Shown here piece by piece: positions 1 to 8,943 of a stretch of DNA of 64,000 nucleotides. The DNA comes from Bacillota bacterium (GTDB taxonomy: Bacteria > Bacillota > Clostridia > Acetivibrionales > Acetivibrionaceae), in NCBI GenBank assembly GCA_023398495.1, contig JAEWSG010000225.1, positions 79,316 to 143,315 on the forward strand. Direction: 5' to 3'. The translations under genes were made by a program, and so were the position numbers. The first letter of the stretch is position 1, and every line of letters begins with the position of its first letter. The notes under the pieces were generated by a model. The model did not search any database and was not told the origin of the DNA. It saw only the letters and a program-made list of their open reading frames with translations.

Positions 1-818
1 TCTGAAATTGAATCTTTATTATTGACCATTGAGTTATATGAAGATTTATCACCTGAATAGTAATAGGTTGTATATCCAAGTACATTTTTTGCTGCTTTTG
101 TGGGTTCTGGAGTAGTAATAGGTGTAGGAGAAGGAGTAGCGGTTGGAACTGGAGTAGCAGTAGGTGTCGGAGAAAGAGTAGGTGTTAAAACCAGTGTGGC
201 AGCAGGTGTTGGTGTAGAGGTTGGAATAGGAGTTGCAATCGCAGGTTCATTGCCCCAAACTAGTGTACTGTTTATGTAGCCTGTGGTTTTGAACCAGTCT
301 GTATAAGTTGTTGAGCTGTTGTTAAACGAGTAATCGTTTGTTTGAGTGTAGTAACTCCAATCAGTCTTGTAAATTCTTGATTGTACTTCCACATATGTAC
401 CAGATGCCAATGAACCGGCATTGCTTGTAAATCCAATTTCAACATAATAGTCTGCATTCATTGAAGCACTGGACATTTTATTAATAGAGCCTATTACATT
501 ATTGCTGCCTTTATTCGACCAGTCACATCGATAGGTTTGAGCTTTTTCACCGTCAATCGTATAGTAATACCTTACTTTGACTGAAGAGAGGCTTATGGTT
601 GAAGAACCATTATTATATATTCTGAATTCGGGATAAAGAGTGTTTTCTGAAGCAGATGTGCTGTAATTATATAGCTGAACTTTAATGCTAGTTGAGGTTG
701 AGGAGGGGATATTTGTCTTTTTGTTTTTAGGTGCTGCAAATACATTAATTGAACTCAACTGTAAAGTAAATACAAGTATTACACATAAATTTGCTGTAAA
801 TAATTTTTTTAAATTCAT
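1..818 (-). CDS. Secreted CBM3-containing protein, 5' part only (gene continues beyond the window start): signal peptide, family-3 carbohydrate-binding module, Pro/Thr linker, then the start of a probable GH18-like catalytic domain
   Basis: Reverse-strand reading frame runs from ATG (revcomp of 816-818) off the window edge. GGAGGT RBS at 821-826 (revcomp). N-terminal hydrophobic signal 'MNLKKLFTANLCVILVFTLQLSSINVFAAP'. CBM3-like segment 'VKVRYYYTIDG…YSFNNSSTTYTDWFKTTGYINSTLVWG' resembles the RsgI CBM3 at 39147-40604. Followed by PT linker 'ATPIPTSTPTPAATLVLTPTLSPTPTATPVPTATPSPTPITTPEP' and 'VLGYTTYYYSGDKSSYNS'. Confidence 0.7.
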   Translation of the reverse strand, partial: MNLKKLFTANLCVILVFTLQLSSINVFAAPKNKKTNIPSSTSTSIKVQLYNYSTSASENTLYPEFRIYNNGSSTISLSSVKVRYYYTIDGEKAQTYRCDWSNKGSNNVIGSINKMSSASMNADYYVEIGFTSNAGSLASGTYVEVQSRIYKTDWSYYTQTNDYSFNNSSTTYTDWFKTTGYINSTLVWGNEPAIATPIPTSTPTPAATLVLTPTLSPTPTATPVPTATPSPTPITTPEPTKAAKNVLGYTTYYYSGDKSSYNSMVNNKDSIS

Positions 819-1004
819 AAATTAACCTCCTGAAAATAGTTTACATAATAATTATATTACGGTAGACTAAAGTCTTACAATGAGCAATACTAACTATGTG
901 CGTAGGTCATGTGTTACACAAATAAAGTTTTTATAATGGGACTTTTTAATTATCTTGTGTAGTGATATAATTACATTAAAGTAATTTAAGTAAGAGGTAG
1001 TAAA

Positions 1005-1187
1005 ATGCAAGAAAAAGAAAGAAGAAAAGTGTACAGAGTCTGGCATACAGAAAAGAAAAACTGTTCAAAGTTTGACACAAAGGAAATTAATGAAGTTAGT
1101 GCGGCAAACATCAAAGAGGCAAAGCAAATAGTACAGGAAATGTTCCCCGCACATAGGATAACTTCAGTATGGTTGGTAGAAAAATAA
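1005..1187 (+). CDS. Small hypothetical protein (60 aa), basic N-terminus
   Basis: ORF with AGAGGTAG RBS 6-8 nt upstream of the ATG; no recognisable domain. Confidence 0.35.
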   Translation: MQEKERRKVYRVWHTEKKNCSKFDTKEINEVSAANIKEAKQIVQEMFPAHRITSVWLVEK

Positions 1188-1196
1188 AATAGTCCT

Positions 1197-2654
1197 TTGT
1201 TTTTATTAGGGGGAGGAACCATTAATAAAATTAATTCTCCAATATTTAACGCATTAAAGAAATATGCAGAATCAAGTCCGATTGCCTTTCATATGCCTGG
1301 GCATAAGTTTGGAAAAGGTATACCCTACGAATTTTTAAATAACTTGCACCTACTTGATATGACAGAAATACCGGGGCTTGATAATCTTCATTTTCCGAAT
1401 GGAGTTATAAAAGAAGCACAAGAATTTGCTGCTAAAGCTTTTGGAGCTGATTACACTTCTTTTTTGGTGAATGGGTCAACTTGCGGTGTGCATGCAGCCA
1501 TTATGAGTTTATGCAAGCCGGGAGACAGGTTGATAGTATCTAGGGATTGTCATAAGTCGGTTGTTGGCGGAATGATGCTTGCGGGAGTTACGCCAATTTA
1601 CATAAAACCGGAGTATGATGATTTATTTGGTGTGTCTTCATTCATACTACCTTCAACCGTGGAACAGGCGATAAAAAATAATCCTGACGCAGTTGGAGTT
1701 TTTGTCACGCGCCCAAACTATTATGGTATATGCTCGGATATTGGTGCAATATCTGATCTTGTCCACTCCTACAATAAAATTTTAATTGTTGATGAGGCTC
1801 ATGGAGCTCACTTGAAGTTTTCTTCACAGCTACCTTGCTGTGCAATGGATGTAAGTGCAGATGTGTCTATTCAAAGTGCCCATAAAACTCTTCCGGCATT
1901 GACACAGGGAGCATATATTCATGTTAAGGGACACAGGGTAGATGTTGAAAAACTCAAGTTTGTTTTGCGCATTATTCAGACTTCCAGTCCCTCTTATTTA
2001 ATAATGTCTTTTTTAGATATATCAAGGGCAATAATGGAGGCTCATGGAAGTGAATTGATAGATAATTTACTGGAAAATATCCGCTGCTTTGAAGAAATGC
2101 TGACAGATAATACAGGATTTAAAATATTATCAATGCAACCTATGGAATCAGCCCAAACAGATAAAACCAGAGTTGTGGTTAATGTGAGAAATACCGGGAA
2201 GACAGGTTTTGAAATAGATGGTATGCTTCGGGATCTTTATAGTATTCAGGTTGAGATGGCAGATGTTAATAACATAGTATGTATTTCTACAATAGCCGAT
2301 AGAATGAAGGAATTTGAAAGCCTTTATAGGGCATTAAGTGAGATAGACAAGCAGTTCATGAATTGTAAAGTATTACCCGATATAAATATCAGGGAGGTCA
2401 AAATACCTCCGCAGGTTGTTGGGCTAGACAAGGTGATGCAACTCGAATACAGAACGCTTGAATTAGCCAAGTCAAAAGGAAAGGTGTCAAGAGGGATAAT
2501 AACGCCATATCCTCCAGGCGTTCCTGTTGTTTGCCCTGGTGAAGTTGTTACTGAGGAAGCTATTCAATACATATTGAGTGTAATTGAGGCGGGAGGAACT
2601 GTAAATGGGGTATCTCAAGATATGGAAATAGAGGTGCTAGTGTGTATGTTTTAG
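1197..2654 (+). CDS. PLP-dependent Orn/Lys/Arg decarboxylase family protein (B. subtilis YaaO-like)
   Basis: 'PIAFHMPGHKFGKG' N-terminal motif and 'SAHKTLPALTQGA' PLP-lysine region typical of the Orn/Lys/Arg decarboxylase major domain. Position before tmk matches B. subtilis yaaO-tmk. The start codon is uncertain: a strong GGGGGAGG lies inside the first 25 nt of the ORF, suggesting a downstream non-ATG start. Confidence 0.85.
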   Translation: MFLLGGGTINKINSPIFNALKKYAESSPIAFHMPGHKFGKGIPYEFLNNLHLLDMTEIPGLDNLHFPNGVIKEAQEFAAKAFGADYTSFLVNGSTCGVHAAIMSLCKPGDRLIVSRDCHKSVVGGMMLAGVTPIYIKPEYDDLFGVSSFILPSTVEQAIKNNPDAVGVFVTRPNYYGICSDIGAISDLVHSYNKILIVDEAHGAHLKFSSQLPCCAMDVSADVSIQSAHKTLPALTQGAYIHVKGHRVDVEKLKFVLRIIQTSSPSYLIMSFLDISRAIMEAHGSELIDNLLENIRCFEEMLTDNTGFKILSMQPMESAQTDKTRVVVNVRNTGKTGFEIDGMLRDLYSIQVEMADVNNIVCISTIADRMKEFESLYRALSEIDKQFMNCKVLPDINIREVKIPPQVVGLDKVMQLEYRTLELAKSKGKVSRGIITPYPPGVPVVCPGEVVTEEAIQYILSVIEAGGTVNGVSQDMEIEVLVCMF

Positions 2655-2694
2655 TAGTGAGCCATATTATGGAAAGAACATTGCGTAAAGGCTG

Positions 2695-2778
2695 TAGAGA
2701 ATGTTAACGAAGCGAAGGAAAAGTCGAATCACTGTTTGAGCGAAGCGAGTTTGATTCGACCCGTAGCGAGTTTACATT
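2695..2778. other. Nested stem-loop element without a U-tract. Outer stem GAGAATGT(T)AAC / GTTTACATTCTC, inner stem GTCGAATC / GATTCGAC. The inner loop contains GAGCGAAGCGAG (the GCGAAGC mini-hairpin motif)
   Basis: Inverted repeats read directly: 2695-2706 with 2767-2778, and 2721-2728 with 2751-2758. Lies between the decarboxylase stop and the tmk promoter. Confidence 0.3.
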
Positions 2779-2853
2779 CTCTTAGCCTTGGAGCTTCAGT
2801 TCTTGGAATAATATGGTACACTATAATGAAATGCACCTGAGGTGCTGAACTTG

Positions 2854-2882
2854 GATTGTGGCTTTCGCTTTGATATGGTATA
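2854..2882 (+). promoter_or_regulatory. SigmaA-like promoter with extended -10 (TTGTGG-N14-TGgTATAAT) for tmk
   Basis: TGGTATAAT at 2874-2882, about 35 nt upstream of the tmk ATG. GGAGGG RBS at 2905-2910. Confidence 0.4.
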
Positions 2883-2917
2883 ATGTTACGTAACATAAGC
2901 ACATTCGGAGGGTTCTA

Positions 2918-3541
2918 ATGAAAACTGGACTATTTATCACAACAGAAGGGACAGACGGGTCAGGTAAAACAACACAAATAAAATTGATGGAAAGCTATCT
3001 GAAGGATAAAGGTTTTGAGGTAGTAGTTACAAGGGAACCCGGTGGGACAAGTATAGGAGAAAAAATACGGTCAATAATACTTGATAAAGAAAATTCAGAC
3101 ATGTCTTATATAACAGAAATGATGCTTTACGCATCAGCACGTGCCCAACTGGTTGTTGAGCTCATAAAGCCGTCGATTGAAGAGGGTAAGGTGGTAATCT
3201 GTGACAGGTTTATTGATTCAAGCTATGTTTATCAGGGTTTTGGCAGGAATATTGATATTGAACTGATTGAAAGAGTAAATAGGATTGCACTAGATGGAAT
3301 AATGCCGCAGCTTACTTTGTTTTTTGATATTGATCCTGAGATCGCTTTAAAAAGGAGAATTCAAACAACAGGTGTAGATAGGATAGAACAGGAAGCTATG
3401 GAATTTCATAGAAAAGTATACAGTGGTTACAGGAGATTGGCAGAATTGCATTCTGACAGAATTAAGACTGTTGAAAGCAACAGAAGCGTAGAAGAAATAT
3501 TTTTAGAAGTGAGAGGGCATTTAGACAGGCTCCTTGGATAA
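2918..3541 (+). CDS. tmk: Thymidylate kinase
   Basis: P-loop 'TTEGTDGSGKTTQ', 'DRF(I)DSS' and lid motifs. Typical 207 aa length. Synteny with holB downstream. Confidence 0.92.
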   Translation: MKTGLFITTEGTDGSGKTTQIKLMESYLKDKGFEVVVTREPGGTSIGEKIRSIILDKENSDMSYITEMMLYASARAQLVVELIKPSIEEGKVVICDRFIDSSYVYQGFGRNIDIELIERVNRIALDGIMPQLTLFFDIDPEIALKRRIQTTGVDRIEQEAMEFHRKVYSGYRRLAELHSDRIKTVESNRSVEEIFLEVRGHLDRLLG

Positions 3542-3658
3542 ATCCTGTGCAATTGGAAATAAAGTTTCTGCTCTGATTAACAAAAAAAGTTGATTTGTTG
3601 GCGTTCTTGCAATATTAAACTCGTTATTACTTGGTCAAAACTAGAACAAAACGGAGTG

Positions 3659-4117
3659 ATGCTTGTGAAGATCAGAGAAGGTATAAATAGTCCGGCAAAT
3701 ATTGCCGACGTATCCGGAACTGAACAAAAGAAAGCCGTAGAAATTAGTGGCAATGCTTTTGAAAATCAACTTAAGCGGGTGGAAGAGCACAACGTTGAAG
3801 AGCGTATTAAATATCTGGTAAACCAGATTACCGAGCAAGGTGAAAGGCTTGGCAAAAAAGTGGATGTCAGGGAGCTGAAGATTTATAAAAAGCTTATATC
3901 TGAATTCCTTGATGAAACATTGAATAATTCCCAGAAGTTCTCTAAGGAAAGCTCAATAGACCGAAGAGGAAGGCATAGGGTATATGCTACTGTGAAAAAA
4001 ATAAACTCTGAACTTGAAGAACTTACAAACGATGTATTAAGTGCAGAGAAGGATAATATAAAGATATTGCAGAGAATAGAGGACATACGTGGGTTAATTC
4101 TGGACATTTCTCTGTAA
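3659..4117 (+). CDS. yaaR: YaaR-like protein (DUF327 family)
   Basis: The ORF-track start (3590) has no RBS. The ATG at 3659 is preceded by AACGGAGTG. C-terminal 'RRGRHRVYATVKKINSELEELTNDVL' resembles B. subtilis YaaR. Position tmk-yaaR-holB is conserved. Confidence 0.75.
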   Translation: MLVKIREGINSPANIADVSGTEQKKAVEISGNAFENQLKRVEEHNVEERIKYLVNQITEQGERLGKKVDVRELKIYKKLISEFLDETLNNSQKFSKESSIDRRGRHRVYATVKKINSELEELTNDVLSAEKDNIKILQRIEDIRGLILDISL

Positions 4118-4133
4118 ACTTTTTTGAGAAGAA

Positions 4134-5135
4134 ATGCATACGGGGTGTACTGTGAATTTCAACGATATTATAGGACAAAGTGAAGTTGTAAACAGCTTGA
4201 AAGCTGTTTTAAGGGATGATTCTGCAAGACATGCGTATATTTTTTCGGGGCCTGAGGGGATTGGAAAAAGGACTTTGGCAAGGATTTTTGCATCCTCTCT
4301 GCTTTGTAATTCACGCAATTGTGAAACCCGATGTGGAGATTGCCAGCCCTGCCACCTATTTGACAGCGGCAGCAACCCGGATTTTTATGTAATGGAGGCC
4401 GATGGGGCTACTATTAGCGTCGATGAAGTAAGAAGAATGCAGCAGGACATATCTATAAGGCCTTTGTACTCAGAGAAAAAAGTATACCTGATAATTGAAG
4501 CGGACAAAATGACGGTTCAGGCACAAAACTGCCTTCTTAAAACATTGGAGGAACCCCCGCGATATGCGGTTATAATTCTTACTGCTTCAAACAGCAACAG
4601 TATGCTTGAGACCATAAGGTCAAGGAGTATTATATACAGCTTTAGAAAGAATACTGATGACGAAATAAAAGCCTGCATTTTAAAAAGTGGTGCTGTCGAT
4701 TCAGGGAGCATTGACTATGTTGTTTCCTACGCTGACGGTGTGCCGGGAAAGGCATTAAAACTTATAGAATCTGAGGATTTCCGTGTAAACAGAGATAGAG
4801 CTATTGAGGTAATATTGAGACTAAAAGATTCGAAACTTATAGAGATTTTTAATATTTATGATTTTTTTGAAGAAAATAAAGATAATATTGATACAATACT
4901 AGATATAATGTTATTGTTTTACAGGGATTTGCTAATTGCTAAAAAGTCTGGAAATGAAAATATATTGATTAATTCAGACAAAAAGGATATTATATTAAAG
5001 AACGTGGATGGATTTGAGATTAGCAGGCTGATTGAAAATATAGCAGCGATTGAAAATACGCGTAGAAATATAAAGCAGAACGCCAATTATCAACTTGTTA
5101 TAGAGGTTATGCTGATGAAACTTCAGGAGGAATAG
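4134..5135 (+). CDS. holB: DNA polymerase III delta-prime subunit
   Basis: 'FNDIIGQ…AYIFSGPEGIGK' degenerate Walker A, 'CGDCQPC' zinc module and 'LKTLEEPP' box typical of clamp-loader delta-prime. Confidence 0.85.
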   Translation: MHTGCTVNFNDIIGQSEVVNSLKAVLRDDSARHAYIFSGPEGIGKRTLARIFASSLLCNSRNCETRCGDCQPCHLFDSGSNPDFYVMEADGATISVDEVRRMQQDISIRPLYSEKKVYLIIEADKMTVQAQNCLLKTLEEPPRYAVIILTASNSNSMLETIRSRSIIYSFRKNTDDEIKACILKSGAVDSGSIDYVVSYADGVPGKALKLIESEDFRVNRDRAIEVILRLKDSKLIEIFNIYDFFEENKDNIDTILDIMLLFYRDLLIAKKSGNENILINSDKKDIILKNVDGFEISRLIENIAAIENTRRNIKQNANYQLVIEVMLMKLQEE

Positions 5136-5140
5136 ATATA

Positions 5141-6016
5141 ATGGTAAAGGTGGTTGGGGTAAGATTCAAAAGAGCCGGTAAAATTTATTATTTTGATCCC
5201 GGCGATTTGGAAATACAATTAAATGAGAATGTTATTGTTGAAACAGCTAGGGGTGTAGAGTTTGGACTGGTTGTAGTTCCAAATACGGAAGTTCCGGATG
5301 ACCAGATAGTTGCACCACTTAAAAAAGTTATAAGAGTGGCTGATGACGATGATAAAAATCATTACGAGGAGAATTCAAGAAGAGAAAAAGAAGCTTTTGA
5401 TATATGCCTTCAGAAAATAAGTGTTCACAAGCTTGAAATGAAGTTGATAGATGTGGAATATACATTTGACAATAATAAGGTTCTGTTTTACTTTACAGCA
5501 GACGGAAGGGTAGACTTCAGGGAATTGGTAAAGGATCTTGCCTCAGTATTCAGAACCAGAATTGAACTCAGGCAGATCGGGGTCAGAGATGAAGCTAAGA
5601 TGATGGGCGGCCTTGGAGTATGTGGAAGAGTTTTATGTTGTAATGCATTCCTTGGAGATTTTCAGCCTGTTTCTATAAAGATGGCAAAGGAGCAGGGACT
5701 ATCATTAAACCCTACAAAGATATCTGGTGCATGTGGCAGGCTAATGTGTTGTCTTAAGTATGAGCAGGATGCTTATGAGGAGATAATCACAAGGGTTCCT
5801 AGAGAAGGGGCTATTGTTGAAACCCCTGAAGGACAGGGCATGGTAATGGGAATAAGCTTGCTTAAAGAACTGGTCAAGGTAAAGCTTGATAAAGGAAACG
5901 AGACTGATTTAAAGATATATAGTGCAAGTGAGGTTAAAATAATTAAGAATGCAGTAAACCAAGACGAAATTGAACCGGGAATAAGCATTGAGGAGTTAAA
6001 ACAGCTTGAAGATTAA
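5141..6016 (+). CDS. yaaT: PSP1-domain stage-0 sporulation protein (YaaT/RicT family)
   Basis: PSP1 C-terminal domain with paired Cys motifs 'GVCGRVLCCNAFL' and 'GACGRLMCCLKYEQ'. Strong AGGAGG RBS. Synteny after holB. Confidence 0.85.
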   Translation: MVKVVGVRFKRAGKIYYFDPGDLEIQLNENVIVETARGVEFGLVVVPNTEVPDDQIVAPLKKVIRVADDDDKNHYEENSRREKEAFDICLQKISVHKLEMKLIDVEYTFDNNKVLFYFTADGRVDFRELVKDLASVFRTRIELRQIGVRDEAKMMGGLGVCGRVLCCNAFLGDFQPVSIKMAKEQGLSLNPTKISGACGRLMCCLKYEQDAYEEIITRVPREGAIVETPEGQGMVMGISLLKELVKVKLDKGNETDLKIYSASEVKIIKNAVNQDEIEPGISIEELKQLED

Positions 6017-6240
6017 GTGTTTGTAGACTTAGCGGTGTCAAAGTTGTTTTATATCCGACCGGGTGTAAAAATTGTAGGATTTTTCCTTGTAAAATCATTT
6101 TCACGATTTATATAGATATGAAATTTGATTTTGAATTATAGAATTTTAAAAAAGTAGTTTCATTTGTTAAAGATTGATGATAAAATGGAGTGTAGTTTGT
6201 CTACATTTTAAGCTAATAATAATTAGGAGGTGTATCCGAT

Positions 6241-6411
6241 ATGGCATATTTTATAACTGAAGCATGTATCAGTTGTGGTGCTTGTGAGCCTGAGTGCCCG
6301 GTTTCATGCATTTCTGCAGGTGATAGTGCTTATGTAATTGATGAAAGTGCTTGCATAGAATGTGGAGCTTGTGCAAATGTTTGTCCTGTAGATGCTCCGG
6401 TGCAGAAGTAA
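6241..6411 (+). CDS. 2x[4Fe-4S] ferredoxin (56 aa). Below the ORF-track length cutoff
   Basis: Two CxxCxxCxxxCP motifs ('CISCGACEPECP', 'CIECGACANVCP'). AGGAGG RBS 7 nt upstream of the ATG. Confidence 0.8.
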   Translation: MAYFITEACISCGACEPECPVSCISAGDSAYVIDESACIECGACANVCPVDAPVQK

Positions 6412-6578
6412 TATTGGTAAATGGGGAGTCTGGTGAGGGTTATCCTTAAAGGCTCCTTTTTGCTGTGTAGAGATACAATTCTTTTTGAAAAGGTTATTTA
6501 CTGTTTTCCAAAGCGGAAATTACTGCTTTGATTTTAGCTTCGCCAGGGGACTCGTTGGAAATTTTATTACAATTTTAG

Positions 6579-7349
6579 GTGGATGATTTTGCTTTGAACA
6601 TTGAATTAATGGAAAATGAAAAGATTGATGACCTTCAATACAAAGGTCTTAAAATAATACAAAAAGACAAGGCGTTTCGTTTTGGTCTCGACGCAGTGCT
6701 ACTGGCAAATTTTGCAGATATAAAAAATGGAAATTCCGTTATTGATCTGGGTACAGGAACGGGTATTATTTCCATTCTTCTTGCGGGAAAGAGTGCGGCA
6801 AAATCAATTGTAGGTTTAGAGATTCAAGAAGACATTGCAGAAATGGCAGATAGAAGTGTTAAGCTCAATGGTCTTGAAGACAGGGTCAAAATAGTTCATG
6901 GGGATATTAAAGAAAGTGTGAAGCTCTTTGGGGGCTCAAGCTTTGAGGTTGTTGTATCAAATCCTCCATACATGATCAGGGGTGGTGGTATTTTAAACAG
7001 CACAGATACAAAAACGGTAGCAAGACATGAAGTACTATGTACCTTGGAAGATGTTATAAAATCGGCATCCAGACTTTTGACGCCGGGCGGGCAGTTTGCG
7101 ATGGTACACAGACCCGACAGGCTTGCAGATATAATATGGTTGATGAGAAACTATAAAATTGAGCCCAAGTACATAAAATTTGTACATCCTTCTCCTTATA
7201 AAAAGCCCAACCTCATTTTGATAAAAGGCACCCGGCAGGGACGCTCACAGCTGAAAATGCTGGATCCACTTTATGTCTATGATGAAAACGGAAATTACTC
7301 AAAAGAGATTAATGAAATATATTGCAGGGAGGGTACTTATATTGAATAG
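6579..7349 (+). CDS. yabB: SAM-dependent methyltransferase, YabB / tRNA1(Val) m6A37 methyltransferase-like
   Basis: 'VIDLGTGTGIISILLA' SAM motif I and 'VVSNPPY' N6-adenine/glutamine methyltransferase motif IV. GTG start, with an alternative ATG 10 codons downstream. Confidence 0.75.
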   Translation: MDDFALNIELMENEKIDDLQYKGLKIIQKDKAFRFGLDAVLLANFADIKNGNSVIDLGTGTGIISILLAGKSAAKSIVGLEIQEDIAEMADRSVKLNGLEDRVKIVHGDIKESVKLFGGSSFEVVVSNPPYMIRGGGILNSTDTKTVARHEVLCTLEDVIKSASRLLTPGGQFAMVHRPDRLADIIWLMRNYKIEPKYIKFVHPSPYKKPNLILIKGTRQGRSQLKMLDPLYVYDENGNYSKEINEIYCREGTYIE

Positions 7350-7356
7350 TAGGGGA

Positions 7357-8184
7357 ATGCTTTATTTGGTTGCAACTCCCATTGGGAATCTTGAAGATAT
7401 AACCTTTAGGGCTATAAGAACACTTAAAGAAGTTGATTTTATTGCTGCTGAGGATACCAGACAGACGGTAAAGCTCTTGAATCATTTTGAAATTAAAAAA
7501 AGTCTTGTAAGCTACTACGAACATAATAAGAAGGAAAAAGGGAATTATCTTATAAATCAGCTTCTGGAGGGAAAAAATATAGCACTGGTATCAGATGCAG
7601 GAACTCCTGGAATTTCTGATCCTGGTGAGGATCTGGTCAGGCTTTGTATTGAAAATGATATTCAGGTTACAATGATCCCGGGGCCGGTTGCTGCTGTCAC
7701 AGGTCTGGTTGTTTCAGGGCTCCCGGCGGGCCGTTTTGCTTTTGAAGGCTTTTTGACAATGAACAAAAGATCCAGGAAAGAGAGACTTGCTTCCCTCAAG
7801 AACGAGGCTAGAACATTGGTCTTTTACGAAGCACCCCATAAGCTGGCACATACTCTTAAGGATTTATTTGATACATTTGGTAACAGGAAAATAGTTTTAG
7901 CACGGGAGCTTACTAAAAGGTTTGAGGAGTTTATAAGGTGTGACCTTATTAGTGCAATAGATAAATATGACCATGAATCTCCAAAAGGTGAATTTGTTCT
8001 TATGGTTGAAGGCATTAATGAAGAAGAGGTATCTGAAAACCGCAAAAAAGATTGGAATAGTATTACTCTTCAAGAGCACATGGGACTATATATAAGCCAG
8101 GGGTTTGATAAAAAGGATGCTATGAAGAAAGTTGCTGAGGACAGGGGGATAAGTAAAAGAGAAGTATACAATGGATTACTGTAA
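7357..8184 (+). CDS. rsmI: 16S rRNA (cytidine1402-2'-O)-methyltransferase
   Basis: 'LYLVATPIGNLEDIT…' tetrapyrrole-methylase fold N-terminus. The ORF-track start (7273) overlaps yabB. The ATG at 7357 has an AGTAGGGGA RBS. Confidence 0.85.
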   Translation: MLYLVATPIGNLEDITFRAIRTLKEVDFIAAEDTRQTVKLLNHFEIKKSLVSYYEHNKKEKGNYLINQLLEGKNIALVSDAGTPGISDPGEDLVRLCIENDIQVTMIPGPVAAVTGLVVSGLPAGRFAFEGFLTMNKRSRKERLASLKNEARTLVFYEAPHKLAHTLKDLFDTFGNRKIVLARELTKRFEEFIRCDLISAIDKYDHESPKGEFVLMVEGINEEEVSENRKKDWNSITLQEHMGLYISQGFDKKDAMKKVAEDRGISKREVYNGLL

Positions 8185-8189
8185 AGGGC

Positions 8190-8222
8190 AAAATAAAAGG
8201 AGTTTGTTAACCACAAACCCCT
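8190..8222 (-). terminator. Rho-independent terminator of abrB (minus strand); also a weak hairpin for rsmI on the plus strand
   Basis: GGAGTTTGT…ACAAACCCC hairpin preceded by an A-run on the plus strand (a U-run on the minus strand). Confidence 0.5.
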
Positions 8223-8238
8223 ATTATCTGAAGAAATA

Positions 8239-8481
8239 CTATTTCTTTAATTCTCTCATACAGTCAGGACAGATGTTTTTACCTTTGTAAACTGAAACAT
8301 CTTTTGCGTTGGCACAGAAGATACACGCTGGCTCATACTTCTTAAGAATTATAGTAGCACCATCTACATAAATCTCAAGAGCATCCTTTTCAGCGATGTC
8401 TAAAGTCCTTCTTAATTCAATAGGTAATACAACTCTTCCTAACTCGTCAACTTTTCTTACAATACCAGTAGATTTCATCAT
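8239..8481 (-). CDS. abrB: Transition-state regulator AbrB (swapped-hairpin N-domain) with a Cys4 C-terminal tail
   Basis: 'MKSTGIVRKVDELGRVVLPIELRRTLDIAEKDALEIY' is nearly identical to the B. subtilis AbrB N-domain. C-terminus 'CIFC…CPDC' replaces the Bacillus-type C-domain. Confidence 0.85.
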   Translation of the reverse strand: MMKSTGIVRKVDELGRVVLPIELRRTLDIAEKDALEIYVDGATIILKKYEPACIFCANAKDVSVYKGKNICPDCMRELKK

Positions 8482-8506
8482 TGAATCCTCCTTTAAATAT
8501 TACAGT

Positions 8507-8513
8507 ATTCGAC
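8507..8513 (-). promoter_or_regulatory. Perfect Spo0A '0A box' (TGTCGAA on the abrB sense strand) between the abrB promoter region and its RBS
   Basis: TTCGACA on the plus strand, 26 nt upstream of the abrB start codon. In B. subtilis, Spo0A~P represses abrB through 0A boxes in this position. Confidence 0.4.
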
Positions 8514-8943
8514 AAACTTTGCATTTTCATAGTACCATAAATGCCAATAATAGTCAACAATTTATTTTAAAAAATTACAAAAAAAGAGTAATAATTTGTG
8601 GATGAATTGTAAGTTAATACTATGTATTTGCTTCAGTAAAGCTTGAAATGAGCTTTAAATGCCTAAAAGCGGCAATTTGTAAGTAATTAAGTAAAGTATA
8701 GTATATTGCATGTAATTACAATAACTGACTTGTAAATGCCAAGAATTAACTGGCAATCGTAAATATAATAAAAGAATCAGATTGATTCTTTTATTATTCT
8801 GTAGTTAAAGTTTACTTGAAATAGCAACGAAGTGTTGCTGGAATTATTATACATGCAAAATTTCTTTGTTTCAGATAAAGACCTCAAAAAACTATATAGA
8901 TAGAATATATAAATCATGACCCTCATATAAATTATCTAGGTAT

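Noticed and set aside
2655-2917. Possibility that the decarboxylase–tmk spacer encodes a known structured RNA (6S, RNase P, SRP RNA, c-di-AMP riboswitch)
   Set aside because: None of the conserved core sequences of these RNAs that I can recall are present. The region is better described as a hairpin element plus the tmk promoter.
6495-6560. Similarity between 6500-6560 (upstream of yabB) and 57425-57480
   Set aside because: Only about 26/33 identity. The second copy lies inside the histidine-kinase coding sequence, where it encodes 'HIAAGATIKVVNSAAINR'. Judged coincidental.
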